From the NCBI RefSeq assembly GCF_009914755.1, contig NC_060937.1: a stretch of DNA of 64,000 nucleotides, one strand, 5' to 3'. The notes under the pieces are model-generated. The model was given only the letters and a program-made list of their open reading frames with translations. It made no database searches and was not told where the DNA came from. The position numbers and the translations under genes are program-made. The stretch is from the human T2T-CHM13v2.0 reference genome, Homo sapiens. Each line of letters begins with the position of its first letter. The first letter of the stretch is position 1. Positions 55,201 through 64,000 of the stretch are shown here, one piece after another.

Positions 55201-58200
55201 AGTGGAGTGGAGTGGGGTGGAGTGGATTGGAATGGAACGAAACGGAATGGAATGGATTGGAATGGAAACGATTGGAGTGGAATGGAATGGAATGGAATGG
55301 AGTGGAGTGGAATGGATTAGAATGGAATGGATTGGAATGGAGAGGAGGGCTGTGGAGTGGAATAGAATAAATTGGAGTGGAATGGAATGGAATGGAATCG
55401 AGTGGAGAAGAATGGAGTGGAGTGGAATGCAATGGAATGGAGTGGACTGTAATGGATTGGAATGGAATGGAATGGAAGGGAGTTGAGGGTTGTGGAGTGG
55501 AATAGAATTTATTGGAATTGAATGGAACGGAACGGAATGGAAAGGATTGGAATGGAATGGAATAGAAGGGAGAGGAGTGGAAAGGAATGGTATGGAGTGA
55601 AATGGAATGGAAGGGAATGGAATGGAACATATTGGAATGGAAAGGAATGGAATGGAATGGAATAGAATGGAATGGAAATGAATGGAATGGAATGAAATGC
55701 AATAGAATGGAGTGTTAAAGAAGTGATTGAAGTGGAGGGGAACGGAGTGGAATGGAGTGGAATCAAGTGGAATGGAAAAGAATGGAACGGAGTTTAGTGG
55801 AATATTATGGAGTGGAATGGAATCGAGTGGAAAGGAAAGTAGTGGAGTCGAGTGGAACGGAATGGAGTTAAATGGAATAGAGTGCTATGGAATGGAATGG
55901 TGTGTAGTGGAATGAAATGGAGTGGCATGGAATGGAGTGCAGTGGAATGGAGTGGAGTGCAATGGAATGGAATGCAATGGAATGGAATCGAATGGAATGG
56001 AATGGGGTGGAGTGAAATTGAATGGAGAGGAATGGAAGGAGTGGAATGGAATGTAGTGTAAAGGTATGTAATGTAACAGTGGAGTGGAATGAAATGGAAT
56101 GGAATGGAATGGAGTGTTGTGCAATGGAATGGAATGGAGTGGAATGGAATAGAATGGAATGGAATGGAATGGAATGGAATGGAATGGAATGGAAAGGAAT
56201 GGAGAGGAATGGAATGGAGAGGAATGGAATGCAATGGAGTGGAATGGAATGGAATCGAGTGGAGTGGAATGGAATGGAGTGGAGTGGAATAGAGTGGAAT
56301 GGAATGGAATGGAGTGCAGGGGATTGAAGTGGAGTACTTTGGAGTCGAATGGAGTCAAAGGTATTAAATGGAATGGAGTGGAGTGGAAGGGGGTGGAGTG
56401 GAATGGAATGGAATGGAATGGGGTGCAGTGGAATGGAATGGAATTGAGTGGAGTAGAGTGGAGAGGATTGGAGATGAGTGGAGTGGAGTGGAGTGGAAAC
56501 GAGTGGAATTGAGTACATTTGAATAGAATTAAATGGAATGTAATAGAGTGGAATGGAATGGAGTGGAATGGATTGTAGTGGACTAGAATTTAATAGAGTG
56601 GAATGGATTGGAGAGAAGTGGAACAGAATGGAATGGAAAGGAATGGAATGGTGTGGAGTGCAATGGAATGGAGTGGAATGTAGTTGAGTTGAGTGGATTG
56701 GAATGGAATATAGTGGAATTGAATGGTATGGAGTGGCGTATAATGAAAAGGAATATAATGGAATGGAGTGGGGTTTAGTGGATTGAAATTGAGTGAAGTG
56801 GTATAGAATGGAATGAAATGGAGTGGAATGCAGAGGCTTCGATTGGAATCGAATGGAAAAGAGAGGAATTGAATGGATTTGACTGGAATGGAGTGGAAAG
56901 AAGTGCAGTGGAATAGAATGAAGAGGAATGGAAAGGAGTGGAATGGATTGGGGTGGAGTGGAGTGGAATGGAGTGGAGAGGAACAGAATGGAATGGAATG
57001 GAATGGAGGGTTGTGGAATGGAATGCAGTGGAACGGAGTGGAGTGGAATGGAATGGAGTGGACTGGAATTGAGAGGAATGGATTGGAGTGGAGAGGAGTG
57101 AAATGGAATGGAGTGGAGCAGAAAGGAATGGAAAGTTATGGAATCGAGTGGAATGGAATGGAGTTGAATGGAATGGAGTGGAATGGAGTGGAGTAGAATG
57201 AAATGGAAAGTTATGGAATGCAGTGGAATGGAATGGATTTGAGTGGAATGGAATGGAATGGAATGGAGTGGAGTGGATTGGAATGGAATGGAGAGGAATG
57301 GAGTGGAGTGGAGTGGAAAGGAGTGGTTTGGAATGGAGTGGAATGGAACGGAATGGAATGGAAGGCAATGGAAGGGATTGGTATGGAATGGAATGAAATG
57401 GAGCAAAGTTGAATGGAATAGAGTGGAATGGAATAGAATGGAATGGAATGGAATGGACTGGAATGGAGTGGAGTGCAGTGGAGTGGAATGGAATGGAGTC
57501 GAGTTGATTGGAATGGAGTGGAATGGAATGGAGTGGAATGTAGTTGAGTGGAGTGGAGTGGAATGGAATGGAGTGCAACAGAGTAGAATGGAATGGAACG
57601 GAAAGTTGGGCAGTGGAGTGGAATGAAATGGAGACGAATGGAATAGAGTGGAATGGAATGGAGTGGAGTGGAGTGGAATGGAATGGAGGGCAATGGAGTG
57701 GAGTGGAGTGGAATTGAGTGGTATGGAATGGAGTTGAATGCAATGGAATAGAATGGAATGGAATGGAATGGTGTGGAGTGGAATGGAATGGAATGGAATG
57801 GAAAGGAACGGAATGGAATGTGGTGGAATGCAGTGGAATGGAATATAATTTGAAAAGAATGGAATGGAAAGGAATGGAATATAATCGAATGGAGTGGAGA
57901 GGAATGGAAAAGAATAAACTGGAATGGAGTGGAGTGGAGTGGAATAGAATGGAGTGGAGTGGAGTGAAATTGAATGGAATGGAATGGAATGGAATGGAGT
58001 GAAGTGGAATGGAGTCGACTGCAGTGGAATGGAATGAAATGGAGAGGAAGGGAGTGTAGTGGAATGGAATGGAGTGGAATATAGTGGACTGGAGTGGATA
58101 GGAATGGAATGTAGACGAACGGAATGGAGAGGAGTGGAATGGAACGGATTGGAATGTTATGCAATGGAATGGAATGGAAAGAAATTGAATACAATGGAAT

Positions 58201-61200
58201 GGAATGGGGGGAGGGGAATGGAATTGAGTGGAGTGGAATACAATGGAATAGAATGGAATTTAGTGGAGTGGAGTGGCGTCCAGTGGTTGGTAATTGAAAG
58301 TAAGGGAATGGAATGGAATGGAGTCGAATGCAGTGGAGTGGAACACAGTGGAATGGAGTGGAGTGGAATGGAGAAGAGTGGAGTCGAGTGGATTGGAATG
58401 GAGTGGAGTGAGGTGGAATGCAATGTAGTGGAATCACATGGAATAGAATCGAATGGAATGGAGTGGAATGGAATGAAGTGGAGAGGCGTGAAATGGAATG
58501 GAATGGAATGGAGGGTAGGGGAGTGGAGTAGAATGGAAAGGAGTTGAATGTACTGGATTGTAGTGGATTGTAATGGATTGTACTGGAGTTGAAAGGAATG
58601 GAATGGAATGGAATGGAATGAAAAGGAGTGGGAAGGAATGGAGTGAAGTGGATTTGAATGGAATTGAGTGGAGTGGAATGGTATGGAATGAAATGGGATG
58701 GAGTGAAGTAGAGTGGGGTTGAGTGAAATGGAATTGAATGGAATGTTATGGAATTTAATGGAATTGGTTGGAATGGAATGGAATGGAATGGAATAGAATG
58801 CTATGGAGTGGAGTGGAGTTGAGTGGAGCAGAGAGGAATGGACCGTAAAAGAATGGCATGGAATGGAGTCGGATGAAATTGAATGGAATTGAAAGGAATG
58901 GCATGGAATGGAGAGGAAGGCAATGGAGTGGAATGGAGTGGATTGGAATGGAAAGGAGCGGAATGGATTGGAGCGGAGTGGAATGCAATGGAGTGAAATG
59001 GAGAGTAGTGGAATGGAATGCAATGGATTCTTGAGGAATGGAATGAATTGGAGTAGAATGGAGTGGAAAAGAGTGGAGTGCAATGGTAATCATTGGAATA
59101 GAATGGATTGTAAAGGAGCTGAGAGAAGTGACATAGATTAGAGTGGAACGGAGTTATTTGGAGTGGAATGGAATGGACTGTAATGGAATTGAATGGAGTG
59201 GAATGGAATGGAATGGAGTGAAGTGGAGTGGGATCGAGTGGAATGGAATGGAATGGAGTGGAATGGAATGGAATGGATATGAGGGGAGTGGAATGAAATG
59301 AAATGGAATGGAATAGAGTGGATTGGAAAGGAATGGAATGGAATGGAGTGATGTGGAATGAAATGGAGTGGATGGAGTGGAGTTTAGCGGATTGGAATGG
59401 AATGGAGTGGAATGGAATAGAGTGGAATGGAATGGAATGGTGTGTAGTGGAATGTAACTGGATGGAAAGGAATGGAATGAAATGGAAAGGAATGGAACGG
59501 AGTGGAGAGGATTAGAGTGGAATGGAATTAAGTGGAGTGGAAAAAAATGCAATGGAATGAAAAGCAATGGAGTGGAGTGGAATGGAGTGGAAAGGAATGG
59601 ACCAGAATGGAACGGAATGGAATGGAGAGGAATGTAATGTAATGGAATGGAGTGGAATGGAATTGATTGGAATGGAATGTAGTGGAGTGGAGTGGAGTGG
59701 GGTCGAGTGGATGGGAATAGAATGGAATGGAATTGATTGGAATTGAAACGAGGGGAGTGGAGTGGATAGAATGGAATGGAGTGGAGTTGAATGGATTGGA
59801 ATGGAATGCAATGGAATGGAGAGAAGGGGTGTGGAGTGGAATAGAATGGATTGGAGTGGAATGGAATGGAATGAAATGGAATGGAATGGAATCGAGAGCA
59901 AAGGAGTGGAGTGGAATGGATTGGAATGGAATCGAATGGAAGGGAGATGAGGGGTGTGGAGTGGAAAAGAGTTTATTGGAGTTGAATGGAATAGAGTGGA
60001 GCAGATTGGAATGGAATGGAAGGGAGAGGAGGGCAATAGAATGAAATGGAATGGAATTTAATGGAATGGAGTGGAATGTAATGAAATGGAAAGGCATGGG
60101 ATGAAGTGGAACGCAATGGAATGGAATGGATTGGTAATGAGGAGAGAGGAGTGGAATGGAATGGAGTGGAAAGCAGTGGAGGGGATTGGAATGGAATGGA
60201 GTGGAGTGGGATTGAATGGAGTGTAATGGAATGGAGTGGAATGGAGTGGAGTGGAATGGAACGGAACGGAGTGTGGTGGAATGGAATGGAATGAAGTAGA
60301 GAGAAATGGAGTAGAGTGGAGAGGAATACAGCGGAATGAAGAGGAGTAGAATAGAATAGAATAGAATGGAATGGTGTGTAGTGGAATGAAATGGAGTGGC
60401 ATGGAATGGAGTGGAGTGGAATTGAGTGGAGTGCAATGGATTGGAATGGAATGGAATGCAATGGAATGGAATCGAATGTAATGGGATGGGGTAGAGTGGA
60501 ATTGAATGGATGTTAATGGATGGAGTGGAATGGAATGTAGTGTAAAGGAATGGAATGTACTCAAGTAGAATGAAATTTAATAGAAAGGAAAGAAGGGGAG
60601 TGCAATGTAATGGAAAGGAGTGGAATGGAATGGAATGGAATGGAATGTTATGGAATGGAATGGAATGGAATCGAGTGGACTGGAATGGAATGGAGTGGAG
60701 TGGAAGGGAATGGAATGGAATTGAATGGATTGCAGTGGATTGAAGTGGAGTTCTTTGGAATGGAATGGAGTGGAATGGAATTAAATGGAATGGAGTGGAA
60801 TGGAAGGGGGTGGAGTGGAATGGAATGGAACAGAATGGAGTGGAGTGGAATGGAATGGAATTGAGTGGAGTACAGTGGAGATGATTGAATATGAGTGGAG
60901 TGGAGTGGAATGGAGTGGATTGGAATAGAAAAAACGGAATGGAATGGATTGAAATGGAACGAAGTGAAATGGAATGGAGTGGAATGGACTGTGGTAGACT
61001 GGAATGGAATAGAGTGGAATGGATTGGAGAGAAGTGGAACAGAATGGAATGGTGTGGAAGGGAATGCAATGGAACAGAGTGGACTAGAAAGGATTTGAGT
61101 GGAATGGAGTGAAATGGAATTTAATGGAATACAACGGAATGGCATAGAATGGAGTGGGATGGAGAGGAATGGAATGGAATGGAATGGAATCTAATGGAAC

Positions 61201-64000
61201 AGAAAGGAATGGAGGGAAGTGGGAAGGAATGGAATTTAATGGAATGGAGTGGAATGGAGAGGATTGTTATGGAGTGGCAAGGAATGAAATCGAATGGAGT
61301 GGAATGGAATGGAATGGAGTGGAGTGGAGTGGAGTGGAATGGAGTGGAGAGGAGTGTAGTGGAATGGAATGGAAGGAATGGAATTTAATGGAATGGAATG
61401 GCAGGGAATGGAATGTAGCGGAGGGGAGAGGAGAGGAGTGGAAAGTAATGGAGTGGAATGGAATGGAACAGAATGGAGTGGAATGGAGAGAAGAGGAGTG
61501 GAATTGTATGCAATGGAGTGGAATGGAAGGGAATGGAATGGTACGGAAAGGAATGAAGTGGAATGGAATGGAATTGAAAGGAACGGAATGGAATAGCGTG
61601 GAATGGAATGGTGTGGAATGGAATGGTATGGATTCGAGTGGAATGGAGCAGAATGGAATGGAAGCGAATGTACTGGAGTGGAGTGGAGTGGAATGGAATA
61701 GAAAAGAATGGAATTGGGTGGATTGCAATGGAATTGACTGGAGTGGAAGACAATGGAATGGAATGGAATGGTTGTAGTAGAGTGGAGTGTGGTCGGGTGG
61801 AATAAAATGGAATGGATTGGAGTGAAATGGAACGGAATTCCGTGGAATACAATGAAATGGAATGGAATGGAATGGAAAGGAAAGGAATGGAACGGAACGG
61901 GCCAGAACAGAATGGAATGGAACGAAATGGAATGGAATGGAATGGAATAGAGTGGAAAGGAATGGAATGAAATGGGGTGGAATATAGAGGAGTGGAGTGG
62001 AATGGAATGGAATGCAGTGGAGTGGAAAGGAATGGAGCAGAATTTAATGGAATGGAATGCAATGGAATGGAAACGAATGGAATGGAATGGGGTGGAATAG
62101 AGTGGTGTGGAATTTAATGGAGTGAAGTTGAATGGAATGGAATGGAAAGGATTGGAATGCAGTGGAGTGGAATGGATTGGAATAGAATGGAATAGAGTGG
62201 AATGGAATCTAGTGTAATGGAATGGAAGGGAATGAAATGAAATGCAGTCGAATGTAATAGAATAGAACGGAAGTGAATGGAGTGGAGTGAAAAGTATTGA
62301 ATTTTTTCAAGTGGAATGGAATGGAATGGAATGTAAAGGAATGGAATGCATTGGAAATGAATGGAAAGGAATGGAGTGGAAGTGTAGTATACTGGAGTGG
62401 AGTGGAGTGAAATGGAAGAGAATAGAATGGAAAGGAACGGAATGGAACAGAATGGATTGGAATGGAATGGAATGGAATGGAATAGACTGTATTGGAATGT
62501 AATGTAATGTTATGTAATGGAAAGGAATGGAATAGAGTGGAACGGAATGGAATTGAATGGAGTGGAATGTAGAGGAGTGGAGTGTAATGGAATGGAATGT
62601 TGTGGAAGGGATTTTAGAGGAATGGAGTGGAGTGGAATGGAATGGAGTGGAATAGAGTGCAGTGGAATGGAATGGAGTGGAATGGAATGGAATGGAGTGG
62701 AATGGAATGGAAAGAATTGGAGTGGACTTCTGTGGAATAGAATGGAATGGAGAGGAGGGGAACGGAGTGGAGTAGACTAGAATGAAATCAAATGGAATGG
62801 AATGGAATGGAAAGGAAAGAAATGGAATCGAGTGGAGTGGAGAAGAAGAGAATGGAGTGGAGTAAAATGGATTGGAATGGAAAGGAACAGAATGGAATGG
62901 AGTGAAGTGGAGTGGAGAGAACTGGAGAGGAATGGAGTGGAATTTAATGGAATGGAAGGGAATGGAATGGAATGGAGTGCAGTGGAATGGAATGGAATGG
63001 AATGGAATGGAATGGAGTGGATTGGAATGGAATGAAGTGTAATGGAAAGGAGTGGAATGGGATGGAATGGACTGGAGAGGAGTGGAATGGAATTGAATGC
63101 AATAAAATGGAATGGAGTGAAGTGGAGTGAAGTGGAATATAATGTAATGGAATGCAATGGAGTGCAATGGAGTGGAGTGGATTGGAACGGAATAGAGTGG
63201 AATAGAGTGGAGTGGATGGAATGGAATGGAATGGAATGGAAAGGAATGGAATGGAATGGAGTGGAATGGATTGGAATGGAATGGAATGGAGTGGAATGGA
63301 ATGGAATGGAATGGAGTGGATTGAAGTGGAATGGAAAGGAAAGGAATGGCATGGAATGGAATGGAATGGAGTGGAGTGGAGAGGTGGGGATAGGGGTGGA
63401 ATGCAATGAAATGCAATCCAATGGAATGGAATGAAATGGAATGGAATGCAATGGAATGGAAGGGAATGGAGTGGAATGAAGGAGAGTGGAATGGAATGGA
63501 GTGGAATGGAATGGAATGGATTGGAATGATGTGGAGTGGGGTGGATGGAATGGAATGGAATGGACTGGACTGGACTGGATGGAATAAAATGTAAAGGCAC
63601 GTATCAAATGGATGTAATGGAATCGAATGGAAGTGAGTGCACTGGAGTGGAGTGGAGTGTAAAGAAATGGAATGGAGTGGAATTCAAGGGAATGGAAAGG
63701 GAAGGAATGGAATGGAAAGGAAAGGAATGGAGTGGAGTGGTTTGGAATGGAATGGAGTAGAGTGGAATGGAATGCAATGGAATGGAATGGAATGAATCGG
63801 AATGGAATGGAAACGAATTCCATAATGTGGAAGGAATGGAATGGAGTGGAATGGAATCTTGTGGAATGCAACAGAAGGCAATGGAATGGAAAGGAGAGGA
63901 GTGTAGTGTAGTGGAATGGAATGAACAGGTATGGAATGTAACCTAAAGTAGTTGAATGGAATGGAGTAGAATGGAATGGGGTGGAATGAAATGGAGTGTT
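52251..64000 (+). repeat. Diverged GGAAT/GGAGT satellite domain resumes
   Basis: Abrupt return of GGAGT, GCAGT and scattered substitutions after about 52250. Confidence 0.9.
52900..61800 (+). repeat. Degenerate tandem duplication, about 4.5 kb unit
   Basis: tttgaaaagaatgg 53299/57849; ggataggaatggaatgtaga(t/c)gaacgg 53591/58096; ttggtaattgaaagtaa 53802/58287; gattcttgaggaatgg 54425/59026; gtagtgtaaagg 56053/60537; ggattggagagaagtggaacagaatgg 56605/61021. Confidence 0.85.

Larger units (their letters stand above)
1..64000 (+). repeat. HSat3 / Satellite III-type (GGAAT)n pentameric satellite array, single orientation
   Basis: There is 5-bp periodicity from end to end. The dominant units are GGAAT and GGAGT, with single-base variants (GCAAT, GAAAT, TGAAT, AGAAT, GTAAT, CGAAT, GGATT). 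No unique sequence and no switch to a CATTC-rich + strand was seen. This matches the established definition of HSat3 as diverged (CATTC)n. Species (human or another ape) and chromosome cannot be determined from the sequence alone. Confidence 0.97.

Noticed and set aside
1-64000. Hundreds of ORFs up to about 1000 aa (e.g. 13019-16090, 40505-43510, 51359-54211 on the minus strand)
   Set aside because: They are translations of the pentamer. (CATTC)n gives HSIPF repeats and (GGAAT)n gives MEWNG repeats with no stop codon in the consensus, so long overlapping ORFs in all frames are expected. There is no domain-like sequence or gene structure.
1-64000. SatIII lncRNA gene or promoter
   Set aside because: Stress-induced SatIII transcription is established for some arrays, but no start site, promoter or boundary is identifiable in this sequence.
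1-64000. Alu/L1/LTR insertions, alpha satellite or CENP-B boxes, telomeric TTAGGG tracts, large strand inversions
   Set aside because: None seen. The longest departures from the pentamer frame are about 10-20 bp, and the + strand stays purine-rich throughout.

Overview
The whole 64 kb window is non-coding tandem satellite DNA built on the pentamer GGAAT (CATTC on the minus strand), i.e. primate Human Satellite 3 (HSat3/SatIII)-type pericentromeric heterochromatin. It is in one orientation throughout, with the purine-rich strand on +. I found no credible gene, RNA gene, transposon or CRISPR array; every ORF in the track is a by-product of the repeat (MEWNG.../HSIPF...). The internal structure has four parts. 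(1) Two 'classic' GGACT-CGAAT, CpG-containing blocks at about 1-1200 and 4410-5130. (2) A long, diverged GGAAT/GGAGT mixed domain with nested duplications from 50 bp to about 5.5 kb, including a degenerate 4.5-5.7 kb higher-order unit across about 37-62 kb. (3) The most unusual element: a roughly 2 kb, nearly mutation-free young array at about 50.2-52.25 kb with about 60 in-phase inverted pentamers (GGAAT-TCCAT). These create palindromes and are arranged in ordered variant layers. (4) Single-copy look-alikes of that motif in the old satellite. I see no evidence of a protein-coding 'system'. All coordinates and offsets were read by eye and should be confirmed with a dot plot.
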